Of a stretch of DNA of 64,000 nt, positions 1 to 12,100 are shown in pieces. How positions within the stretch are numbered: position 1 is the stretch's first letter; each line of letters begins with the position of its first letter. This stretch comes from Phoronis australis (lineage: Eukaryota > Animalia > Phoronida), in contig NMRA01000047.1 of assembly GCA_002633005.1 (NCBI GenBank), positions 831,326-895,325 on the forward strand, given 5' to 3'. The notes beneath the pieces were generated by a model. The model was not told the origin of the DNA. It did no database searches and saw only the letters and a program-made list of their open reading frames with translations. Both the position numbers and the translations under genes were made by a program.

Positions 1-284
1 CTTTTCTGATGTTGAAATTGTTATCTTTATAGTGTAAAAATGACTTGAGACTAATGAATGTAAGCTGTTCACAGACTAAACTTTTATAATGAACTCAGAA
101 TGTGGGTTTGTGTGCGTGTGCGCAATTACAGAACTGGTTTTTATTGCCAGTGTATTTTATAATCTTTATAATGATCAAATGACTTCTGTGGTGTTTTTAG
201 CTCGTCATACATTTATGATTATTATTTTACGAAGTGGTCATGTGTGACTGTCACCTGTTTGATTGACACACTGCTTTGTGATTC

Positions 285-507
285 TAGGAAAGGGGTTGTA
301 TTTCAGCTTGTGTCTATGTCAGACAGTAATAGGAAAGGGGTTGTATTTCAGCTTGTGTCTATGTCAGACAGTAATAGGAAAGGGGTTGTATTTCAGCTTG
401 TGTCTATGTCAGACAGTAATAGGAAAGGGGTTGTATTTCAGCTTGTGTTTATGTCAGACAGTAATAGGAAATGGGTTGTATTTCAGCTTGTGTCTGTCAG
501 ACAGTAA
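285..507. repeat. 45-bp minisatellite, ~5 copies
   Basis: Unit taggaaaggggttgtatttcagcttgtgtctatgtcagacagtaa; explains the repetitive ORFs 244-507 and 263-511. Confidence 0.95.
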
Positions 508-1913
508 GTGAGCCAGTAATTCAGTGTCAGTGGGTGTATGATTGGATTTTGAATGTGTAAGCGGAACTTGCATGCTAATTCCTTATCTCTGTGATTGCTT
601 GCCCAAATCACTTAGAAGCACAACATGAAGCCACAATGTGAATATGAAGTAGGTTGAAAATTCCCAAATGTTTTTAAGAACATTAAGAACGAGTTTTGCT
701 GCAAAAATGATCCACTGCAAGTATCGTGACATCGTGCTGGGTAATAACACTGTATGATGCGGGCTATGGGAGCCTGCGAGGTACGTTATTTGTGCAGAGG
801 TCACCTATTTCCAGCATTTTTGTTTTCACGTTTACAAGTTGTCATTAAATACAACGGCACTTTGTTTATCGTAGATGATGTTCAAATAGCGTTGTTTTTT
901 AGTTCCTGATATGCATTAGCATAGGTAGGAGCATGCAAGTACATCTTTAAGGGAATAGCTAAAAGGTCAGTTGATTTATTTTGTGGATGATCCCAAGTAA
1001 CACAGTCATTAAAATGAAAAATACTGGAAAAGTGCCACTTACATTAAGTTAGTGTGTGACACATATACTGGCAATAGTTGGAAATAACGCTGTCTTCACT
1101 ATATTCGAGTTGAAGACAGCAGTATGTGAATACATATAGTCTGTAACCCGAGAGGTGATGGTAGGAGCATGCACTGGCTGCTTCTTAGTTTTGTCTTGCA
1201 TTTTGTATAAATTGGTTTTTGTTCGTGGATAACTAGCATTTTTTATTAGAAGCAATAAGTGTAAGTTTATGTTGTTTTAAGCAAAAGTTGGCGAGCGAGA
1301 GATTTCTATTAGATCTGTCATTTGTTTTAGCTCTTATTTTGAGCATGTTGTGCACTACAGTATTATTGTTCGCTTTATTTTGGTTACAGCCTTTTATGTT
1401 AAGGAGTCCATATATAAATATAGGCATATCTATGTTTTTGCATATTAATGACACTTGGCAATGCTTCGAAAGCAATAACTGGAAGCGTATGTATCAAGTG
1501 TTGGAATGATTGAGAAATTTAACATGTTTTAACACCAAACTGCTCATTTTTTTAAACGAGAGAATGTCGTTGTGGTTTGAGTGATTGCAAAATCAATTTC
1601 TAATCTTGGCATTGGCTTAACTAACACTTTCTGGTCATCATCAATCATCTGGTGTCTGCTGCAGTGCAGAACTGGTGTTGTTTTTAAAAGACTCGATGAC
1701 GGAATTGACGTGACAATCTGTATTCGTTCGATATTTGAGCTGCAGTTCAACTTTGTAGAGGCCTGTACGCACTTAGCGATTGGTTGGCAAAGTGTCCAGC
1801 AGTTGTTGTAACGCTTCTGTAGACACTTTGCGACTCGTGGCCTGGAGGTCAAAACAAAAATGGTGTAAAGAAAGCGAGCAAAGACTTCCGGGGTTTTTAC
1901 CACAAATTTTAAT

Positions 1914-2073
1914 CATAGGCGGATCCAGAGAGTGTCAAGGGGGTCCGGACTCCCTTTTTCCCTTGAGTTTAGTATCAAATCTAGAATTTTCAAAATGTTG
2001 ATTTGGAGCCCCCTGTTACAAAAAATCCTTGATCTGACCCCCTCCCATTTAAAAAATCCTGGATCCGCCCCTG
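1914..2073. mobile_element. Short hAT-like MITE (GGCGGATCC termini); related copies near 39463-39625 and 60415-60638
   Basis: Termini cataggcggatccag ... ctggatccgcccctg; the 60415 copy has cagaggcggatctac ... gtagatctacccctg and shares internal sequence with the 39463 copy. Confidence 0.65.
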
Positions 2074-2289
2074 TTAATATCTTAATATCTCCTTCGAATT
2101 TTAATTCGCACAGCTTGACACAACACTTATGTAAAAATAATTGCAGGCGGTCTGATACACGTTGTACCAGACGTGCGCAGGCCTCGCATGTGGGCCCATT
2201 GCACTGATCACCTGGAAATATTTTTATGCTTTATTAATATGTGGTTAAAAGGAGCTTAGTAGCTAGAAACCTGGCTCAAGGGTTTAGCA

Positions 2290-2360
2290 GTGTGACATGG
2301 TGGGACTCGAACCCACGACCTTGAGTAAAGAAAGCGGGCACTTATCAACCTCACTGCCTC
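2290..2360 (-). mobile_element. tRNA-derived SINE-like head
   Basis: Minus strand has a B-box GGTTCGAGTCCC with no complete cloverleaf; similar decayed heads at ~6010-6060, ~19600-19670, ~62590-62660 and ~62985-63040. Confidence 0.5.
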
Positions 2361-3379
2361 CTCTTGACACAACAACACTTGGCATTGTTGATCTTTCGTG
2401 ATTTGAATGCTGAATCATCAATACGCATGTGCATTTAATTTCCTTCGGTCACCAAGTTCTTTTTTCCGAGATGTCCTCACTATGCAAAGGGGTTTTCTCA
2501 ATGGCTGCATAACAGACCTTGATGCGTGTTTGATGTTGATTGACTGGTCTAGTGTATTCATAAGCACTGCAAGGAATTGTTGCTTGTGTTGATGACAAGA
2601 GCATTGTAATGCTGTGTAATGCTCAGTGCAGCTTCACATGTTGCAGGTATACTTCTGAATTTTCTCCCTACTTTGTAAGTTTCCTTGTTCATAGAGCTAC
2701 GCATAGCATTAAAGCTGCATTCCATCCAATCACTAACTTGTTCTTGATCTTGTTATTCTCTGCCTTCATTGCCAGTAAGAATTTGGTCAATTTTAGATTT
2801 GACTACACTAATCATTCCCACATGTTCATGTGTACTCACCCTCATCTAAGAGCCAAGGGAAGAGACGTGATGTCTTTCACACACTGTAGTTCACTGTCTA
2901 CTCGAGCTGATTTTCTGGGTATGATGTCACTAAGTCGAAGTCAAGAGTGTCTACAAAATGCCTCACCAGTCAAGTGTTAGTGTAATGTTTTGAGTATCCA
3001 TTCTTGGACTGTACTTTCAATTTAAAAGAAAACTGCTTCAAGTAAAACTTCAAAGTAAGATAAGTAAACGAAGCGATTTATTAAGGCGAAACTCACAGGT
3101 GAGCTCTATTAAAATAACATAACCATAGACATCAGAAGTGGGAACTTGATTATTTAATGACTGTTGTTGAAACATGTCAAAACATTAACACACCGTTGCA
3201 TGAAACGCAATGTCTCAAGGTAATAATTTATTTTATTATGTAAATTGCACTCCATGTACCTTTGAAAGCAAGTGTAGTAATTGCAGACTTGTAGCTTTGT
3301 ACTGCGCTAAATGTCAACTCTACCTTGTGTAAAGGATTGTTTTAAAAACCAGAACACCTGCATTGTGGTTTCATTTTAA

Positions 3380-3843
3380 GGTTATGTATGGTCTTATCGA
3401 CAAGTTAGGGCATTCACCCAAATATCTACAACATTTCGTAAGTTATTTTTTGACAACAGAAAACCCGTAGAATTTAATTTGTGACTTTAATCCAATCTGT
3501 CTTTGATTGAGTCGTGTCTTTTGGTAAAATTTGGCATAAAAGAAAGGTACAGTCGTGGCAAAACAAGGGTAGCATGACCATATTTTGTTTTATTATTCAA
3601 GATGAACTCTCAAAAATGCAGTTACAATTTTCTAAGTTATCACTTTGTTTTCGTTTTAGGCATTTTTTTCATAAAAGTCCCATTTTATGATGGTCCCTCA
3701 AGCAGAAGATCAAATTGCAAAAAAATCCTAACAGCCTTCTGGATAAGTGTCTGAAAATTTCACGATATGAATCCGAGCAGTCATTTCTGAGTTATTGTGT
3801 TCCGTAGTCAAATTTGGGAATTTTTCTAGGGTCTTGCATAACT
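3380..3843. mobile_element. TTAA-flanked non-autonomous DNA transposon (Kolobok/piggyBac-like); inverted relative at 23002-23554
   Basis: ttaa|ggttatg ... cataact|ttaa; the second copy, just after the DTYMK stop, is tcaa|ggttatg ... gtaacc|ttaa with reverse-complement internal similarity. Confidence 0.6.
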
Positions 3844-4313
3844 TTAATATATCTTTTTTGAAAGTGTAATTTTGCGTCATGCGAGCATGGTTGCAATAGC
3901 GTCATGATTTTCAAAATGCCGTTTACGTAATCTCAGTTTCAAATGGTTTGATTTTAACTTTGCAAGTTATATGCAAACCTACATTGTGATAATTAAAATT
4001 CAGGGATGAATGAGTTTTTGGTGAGGGTTTGGTGTTATGTATGTACAGAGGTGTTTTGAATACCTATGTGGCAGTGCTTTCACGCATTCTTTGTGCAGTT
4101 TTGTCTGCTGGAGTATTTCAAGTAATAAATAAAACAAAGGATAAGTCTGTATTTTTCTGTCAATTGCTTTGCTTCATATTTAAACTTCGAGTTAATCGGT
4201 CAAGTAATACACAAAGTAAAATTGTCTGGATTAATGTTAAAACTTAGATTTGCAATCTGTTATAAGAATGAGGTTCACAGAACATTATACGGTTTGTTTA
4301 TTTTGACGACCGT

Positions 4314-4766
4314 CACATGAGCATGTGTTAACAAAACACCTTGGGTCTATAATACACATGAGCATGTGTTAACAAAACACCATGGGTCTATAATACACAT
4401 GAGCATGAGTTAACAAAACACCTTGGGTTTATAATACACATGAGCATGTGTTAACAAAACACCTTGGGTCTATAATACACATGAGCATGAGTTAACAAAA
4501 CACCTCGGGTCTATAATACACATGAGCATGAGTTAACAAAACACCTCGGGTCTATAATACACGAGCATGTGTTAACAAAACACCTCGGGTCTATAATACA
4601 CATGAGCATGTGTTAACAAAACACCTCGGGTCTATAATACACATGAGCATGTGTTAACAAAACACCATGGGTCTATAATACACATGAGCATGAGTTAACA
4701 AAACACCTTGGGTCTATAATACACATGAGCATGTGTTAACAAAACACCTTGGGTCTATAATACACA
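4314..4766. repeat. 41-bp minisatellite, ~11 copies
   Basis: Unit cacatgagcatgtgttaacaaaacaccttgggtctataata. Confidence 0.95.
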
Positions 4767-5315
4767 AGTCTTCAGCTTCCACTTCACAATTGCTGAATAA
4801 AGATTTGCCAAGTAAATATGAGTGCATCAAAGTCCAGAAATAATTGATTCTGAAGGTATCTCAGTAACTATCAGTTTTTTCAGATAGTTGTGAGTGGCAT
4901 AAGACCAGATTTCTGAACTAAACCTGCCAACTCTGTATGTTCTCAGTGGACAGAGTCTATGATCATACACACAAGCCGTAACCAACATTGGCATCACTAT
5001 TTACCAGTGGTACCTTAGTCTTCTGGGAATTCCATGTGCAAATATCGTAATTGTAAATCTGTTGTCTATGATCTATGATGAAATAGACCCCAGTAAATAC
5101 AGTAAACCTCACAGATCCAACTGAATTGAGATTTATCTGAGTTTAGAAGTGATAATCGATTTATTTGGAGGTTCATGCATACACAGAACTTTTTTTAAGC
5201 AGAGTTTTACTGAATACAGCTTTGCCCAATGATGTTTAATTAATATAAAAAAGACAACTGAATAACTTCAGACTGAATCCACATCAGTAAAGACAAAGAC
5301 ATCTTGAATAAATCC

Positions 5316-5321
5316 TTTATT
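5316..5321 (-). terminator. Likely COQ2 polyadenylation signal
   Basis: AATAAA on the minus strand about 810 nt after the stop, followed by a GT/T-rich tract (gatgtctttgtctttact). Confidence 0.6.
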
Positions 5322-6130
5322 TAAGAAATCTTGGCCAGTATAAACATTGCACACAAACACTGAACAGCTTTGCTTTACTGTCTTATCTCACTTCAGACCA
5401 TGCGACATTGCAAAACATAACATATGTTTTAAAGACAATTAATCATTAACTCTGGTACTGGGTATGTATACAGAAGATACCTCTACATGGTCATACCTGG
5501 TCACATCACGCAACATAGTATTTACAAGTCAGGAGTACCAGCACAGGTCTGTATAGAAATCTTTTGACTAGTAATTCCAAGATCACATGATATGACCATG
5601 TTTGACTGTAGAGGCATCAATTCTGTGCAAACGTATTTGAACACCAGCATGACTTTGCACCAACTGAACGTATACTGCACCCAACGAGACGCTAAGAACT
5701 TGGTGCCAAAATGCCTGGTCATTTCCAAGCCATAAAGATTTTGCAAACATTTGCATCCAACTAAGCCATCATTACACATAGGCTCTCACCAGATATTCAC
5801 CGGTAAAATGGTAAACTGAGTCCATCAGATTTCATTACCATTTACAACGCAGTGGATGAATTATTACAATCACTATCTTCAATCAACTACCCCAATCTAA
5901 GACTGTCACAAACCCTGAGCACCTCCAACTACTCTTTGATTTTTCTTCCTGATTACGACCAAACGCAGTCTCGACGAGAAAACGATGATACCACAGACAA
6001 CCAAAAAGTCTGGCCCAAACCAGGATTCGAACTCATGACCTTAACTATTGGCACTAGAAAACACGTGAGAAATTATCCAGCCTTAATTCAGTCACGCCAG
6101 TATTTCCTCCAGATTTTCACCATCAGTTTT

Positions 6131-9100
6131 CTAAGTCTTGGCCAATGTTCCCAACACTATTCCGAGAAACAACAACGCACCCAGTCTACTGTTGCTCTTG
6201 AACTTGCTGAAGCAGTCATCCGGATCATCAAGGTCGACTGTGTAGATCTGATGGAAACAGTACGCCATTAAAGGAATACAAACTAACTGAAAATTTACAA
6301 CACTGTCACTTTTGATTGGTTCCGAATAAACTACAGATACACTAGAATGTTAATAGTAGCATAATGCTTTAACCATGCACAAAGTACTGATGACGATGAC
6401 ATCTTATAAACTGACTTCCATTAAAGGCAATATGCTCCGTAGCAAATGTTCTCTGTGATGTGAAATAATCAAGCACAGACACAGTGACCAATCAATGGCG
6501 CAGGATTACAAAATCAAAATGAGAGCTACTAAAAACAGTGCTTTCCCGTGGTCTTTTACAAATGGGTACACACTTTCACTGAAATCAAGTGCAGGTTGGG
6601 ACAAGAGTGGGAATCGAATTGCAGTCACAAATGAGAGATAGAACCATTGCAGAAGCGCATTGCTAATGGTTTTGTTCAGTTATTGCATGCACACTTACTA
6701 ATATTTCCAAGGATCACCTGATAAGCGAGATAAGCCCCAACCAGGCCAACAGAGATGTAATAGGGCAGGCTCTGATTATAGTCAGAGGCTGGTTATACAC
6801 CATCAGACTACTGACACACCTGAGAAAGATGATGCCCAAGCTGGCCCACAGAGGGCAGGCACTCATCACAGTAAGAGGCTGGTTATACACAATAAACTAT
6901 TGACTCACCTGGTGAGCGAGATGAGTTCCCACCAGGCCTACACAGACATAGTATGGCAGGCTCTGTTCACACATATAGCCAGACAGAGCCAGGTTGCACA
7001 CCATCAGACCACTGAAGCCCGTCAGCCAGTACTTCGTCTGGGCACCAAACCGCAGTGCAGTTGACTTAACACCAACTAGGATGTCATCTTCTTTGTCCTG
7101 GAATTCGAAGCATCAGCGTGCCGTCAGTTTCTCATAAAAACAACATTTTTTCAGTAAACGTTACGACATGTACACTAGGTTGGTTTTCAGCTTACTTATA
7201 CAGTTACCCTAATTCTTCATCTATTCCACACACAATATGGCCGAAATGCACCATTATATTTTGTACAATTTGTCACACAATAACAAAAATTAAGAAATTT
7301 TAGTCTACTAGCTTTTTTGTACTGTGGAGATGTAATAAAATAACATCATGTCAAGCTGACATTATTGGCAGTAATTTAGTCAGACTTTGATGAAAAATGG
7401 AAAATGACAATTTTGCCAATTATTTTCGTGCAAAATAAGTGATGATTTACCATAAGACCAGTTATTAACTTGAAGTAATTATAAGTTATTAATTACAAGT
7501 AGGTGCCACATATTTAATTTTGTTTACAAACAGTTGTAACAACAAGAGGAATTTCCTTGCACATAGTTAGCTATCTTCACAAGGCTGAAGTCAGAGACTA
7601 TAAATATTTAAATAGCGCTTTTTGCATTCTTCAATACTAAACACTGATATTACTTTCCCAAGGCTGCCTTTTAAATATCTAAAAAGTCTAACTATCAAGA
7701 CCGATTGAGTTGCAATTGTCTAATGAAGTAAAAAATACCTTTTGCACATTGTAAATATACTCTGGATTTCATCTTATTTTGCTTTCTAAAAATGAAAATT
7801 GAATTTGACCTTTTACTAACACAAATTGGTCTCGTAATATTCCTTAACACGATAGTATTCTGTTTCCATTACCAACCCAAATCAAAGGTGGCGCATGCAT
7901 TTTGGTGACGGAAATAGAATCCCATCAGGGTAAAGAATATCATGAGGCCATTTAATAGGGTACAATGCTCAACAATTCAATTTTTGTTTTTCAGTCAACT
8001 AATGAAAGTGAAATTCAGCGCCGTGCATTCAACTGTAATTCCAAGCATGTGGTAAGTTTAAACTATGTTGCAAGTATCGTATGAAGCAGAAAGAGCAATA
8101 AATGTTACAGGGACAAACAAATCCTTTGTAAAGCACTGAGCCAAATAAGCACAAAGCGAGAGATGAAGCCTGCATGAAACTCAGATTCAAAAGGCTTACA
8201 ACAGGCTGGGAATATTAAACATGAAACAAAGTCTAGCAGCCAAGACACTGTTGTCACAGGAACAGGTATGTAACCAGTCATCAAGTGAATAAATATTCAC
8301 ACCAAGCTAAAATTTTCGTTCGCAAACGTTCGGAAAACAAACCGAGCCAACTGAGCACGTGTCAAATATTTACTCACTTGATGAGCGTATATGGTATCGT
8401 AGATCAGGGTCCACGCTATGCCGGACATGTAGAGGGGGATGACTGCGCCCCACGCGCAGGAGCCCTGAACAGCTGACCAGCCTAACAGAGCTCCCCAGTT
8501 GAAAGTTAGCCCTAAACAAAACAGGCGGAAGCAATGAGATAACGTATAATAGCTGTGGTAGAACAAGCGTCGGAAACAGAGTGTACATTGGCAATGACTA
8601 CAACAACGACGATGTGAGGCAGGCATGACAGGGAAACACCGACCAAGATGAAAGAATGCAAGCCATGTGAGAAGAAGATACAGTCTTGTACTGAAGAGTT
8701 AAGATTATAATGATTTGAAGCAGTTTTTAAAATCTCCTAAAATATGCAGGGCAAAAGTCTGATATAAGAAATTCAAACGTAGGACATGGGGTGTAAAAGG
8801 TTCTCTATAATATTCCAATGTTCGAATTTAGCGCCAGCTGATTTTGCTGGTGTCTCTCGTAGGCTTCAAAACAAGCAACACAAAACTACTTGCAATTACT
8901 TATGTGGGGTTTGAACTTCAAAAAATTTTAAATTCGTAGATTTTGCTTCAAATTTCAAAAGCTAAAAACAAAAACATGCTATTAAGATTGAAAGCTAAGT
9001 TCTGGCAAATTCAATGATTCAATTACTAAAATTGTCAGTTATTCAAACATGACAAACATTTTTCATGCAACAGCCATCAAACCAAGATTTAAGTTCTGAT

Positions 9101-12100
9101 AGCATCATCAGCGGCTCGTAAAAGATGAACTCTTGTTATAGCCTCAAACCAACTTAGCACAAAAGGAACACCAAGTGCAGCTAGGTAGCTCAAATGTGAC
9201 ACAGGTTATATAACAGTAGAATGTTATTAAAGTAGGCTCGTAAATCTGGAATAGGCAAGCATGTACAAGTCAGTAGATACAATCCACTACCATGCCATTC
9301 GTTGTTATAGTCACTACCGGCAACACCGCAGGACATAACAGAGGACCGATGGCCTCTGTCTAACCTGGTGGGCGTAAATGCTGTCATACACGACTGTGTA
9401 GAGGACACAGGCCATGTAGAGTGGCAGTACAGGCCACTGGAGTGCGCCGTGACACGCTGACCACCCCAGCAGGACACCCCAGTTGAGAGTGACACCTGTT
9501 GGTGGGAGATGGAATTAAAGTTGGGTGGAGAGATGAAACAAAAGCTTCAAAAAATATCATATCTTTAAACTTTTTATAATCTTAATTTACGCATGCCTTC
9601 TTCCTGCTAGATAAAAACTATTTTATAACTGTACAGCATGTTATAAACGGATTTCAATGCTCAAGTTTGTATAATTTGGGATAGGACTCCAGATGAATTC
9701 AACTGAGCTTAAATATTGCGTATTTACACAATACAACAGAAACGTCACCTTGTCTTGAATAAGTTAGACGACCCCCTGACGCATAATCTAATGCTTATGC
9801 TTTCTGTAAGGTTCAGAGAACTGCCTTGTGCAACATGTATACTCACCTAATACTACTTGAGGCCAGTAGGTATACCTCTTGGCCAACGGATAAACAAGTA
9901 CTAAACCCATGGAACTGGCACCTAGGAAAACACTGTGAAACAAAGAATAGAAATTATATTGTCATCAATTTACTCCAGTGTTATTCAATAAGGCCTGAAC
10001 ATTTGTTGTGAGTTCTTGAGGTAAAAAAACGCATAACACTTACTGCAAGAAAATACGTCTCGACGTGTCCATTCTCAGATTGAAAATGAAGTCTGAGCAT
10101 GGCAACAACTAACAGTCATGGCCAAAGATTGAAGTCGCTAAATTGTCAATGACAGGCTCATCATAGTAACTGACAGACTTGCGTATTGAAAGCAATATTC
10201 CTGGAGCACTAAACAGTTACTAGCATAAACATTGAGACTTTAAATCTAGCGTACATACCGCCTTTAAAAAACAGGAATGACAGTGTTATCATGGTTAACG
10301 AACATTGTTTGTCACTTAATACGCTGGAGTACAAAATACGTGACACAAAACTTCCATTCTTATAAAATGAAATATATACCGTACAAATTTCATTCAAAGC
10401 AAGATCAAGAAACAAGCTTATTCAACTTTTAATTCTAAAGTTAAGTTTTGCCCTATTGAATCGACACTTCAAACATATTTGCAATACTTAACCGAAGACA
10501 CAAACCAATAGCTGATCTTCATTGCACTCATGGGAAACGCGATTGGCTTATTTTGAATGGAATTTCCAGAGTGCCATTTTTGAATTTCAGGGTTGGGCAT
10601 GCCCAGTAAAATCCATGACTTTCCGACAAATTCTTTTTTTTGCCTGCTGAGGGTTTGTATGTTCTTCTTAGTAACAGAAAACAACTCCTATCATGGCAAG
10701 GAAAACTTTTGAGGGACTGTTCCTGCAACCGCCAGAAAAGCACTAACTTGTTAACCATCGTAATCATCCACGTGCATCTTATTTTGACTAATCAATGTTG
10801 TTGAGTTCTAACAATGTAAGGTTGTGCAAATCTACTGGTTGTCTACTTATAGAACACAATGCTGAGCTGTCGCTTTGATCTCATGTGATTTGTCTATCAT
10901 GTATTCAACATCTCCAATTATAATTTAGGGATTGAGAACAATTGCTGATAACACATTTCACATACATACAATGTCCAAGATTTCGATGATAAATCAGTCT
11001 ATGCTTTTTTAGCATACATACAATGTCTTACATTTCAATAATAAACGAGTCTATCATCATCAAGGAAACAGAAAACCCTTCAGTAATCATTCTCAGTTCT
11101 CAGCTAACTAGGCCAAAAATAACATCTGAAAGAATTTGAAGATGCTTAACCTTGGGATTATCAGTTTGAAGATCACGCACATGTCTTCCTTAACAGCTAA
11201 CTGCTAAGTGGCAAAAAATGCAGCAAAATACGAAGAAATAAGAAAAACACAACTTTTGAAAAGAATATATTTATTGCACTGACAATTTTGGCCAGATTCA
11301 AAAATACGAGGACTTGCTACATGTGAATGGGTGATGCAGTAGCTGTGAAACCCTACCTGTACCATACATGTGAGGGGGTTATGCAGTAGCTGTGAAACCC
11401 TACCTGTACCATACATGTGAGGGGGTTATGCAGTAGCTGTGAAACCCTACCTGTACCATACATGTGAATGGGTGATGCAGTAGCTGTGAAACCCTACCTG
11501 TACCATACATGTGAGTGGGTTATGCGGTAGCTGTGAAACCCTACCTATACCATACATGTGAGAGGGTGATGCAGTAGCTGTGAAACCCTACCTATACCAT
11601 ACATGTGAGTGGGTTATGCGGTAGCTGTGAAACCCTACCTATACCATACATGTGAGAGGGTGATGCAGTAGCTGTGAAACCCTACCTATACCATACATGT
11701 GAGTGGGTGATGCAGTAGCTGTGAAACCCTACCTATACCAGTTGAGCTGGAGCAACAAGCTCAGTGAAACGGACAGTTGGAGGCCTAACAAAGTCATAGC
11801 TTGGAACATGCCAAGCTCACCGCATGCTAGAGGCCGGTCTTTGGTGCGATAGACCTATAACAAGACAGAATAATTACTGATGTTTTTATACTTCCTCCTA
11901 TACTTGCAGAATTGACCTATCACAAGCTCCAACCCCTTGCGAAATGTCGACAAACAAACAATAAGTTTTACCAAGCAACGTGTAGTTTGTCGGGTAAAAT
12001 GGCGGTTTGGAAACGAAGGTGTCAAGAATGCTGCGTTCTGATTAGTCACTTAAGCCGTCACTCAAAGTCCTGGGGACAGATCAATTATGGAATCGTGTAT

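Noticed and set aside
1-4135. Possible long 3' UTR of an upstream plus-strand gene (AATAAA cluster ~4123-4132)
   Set aside because: No coding exon in the window to anchor it, and AATAAA is frequent in AT-rich DNA.
4314-4766. Regular repeats superficially like a CRISPR array (also 285-507, 33293-33594, 54747-55033)
   Set aside because: Units are contiguous with no unique spacers, the context is eukaryotic, and no cas genes are present.
5852-6271. 139-aa plus-strand ORF (also 32267-32633, 12632-12820, 22427-22715)
   Set aside because: Antisense shadows of real COQ2, PSMD1 and DTYMK exons.
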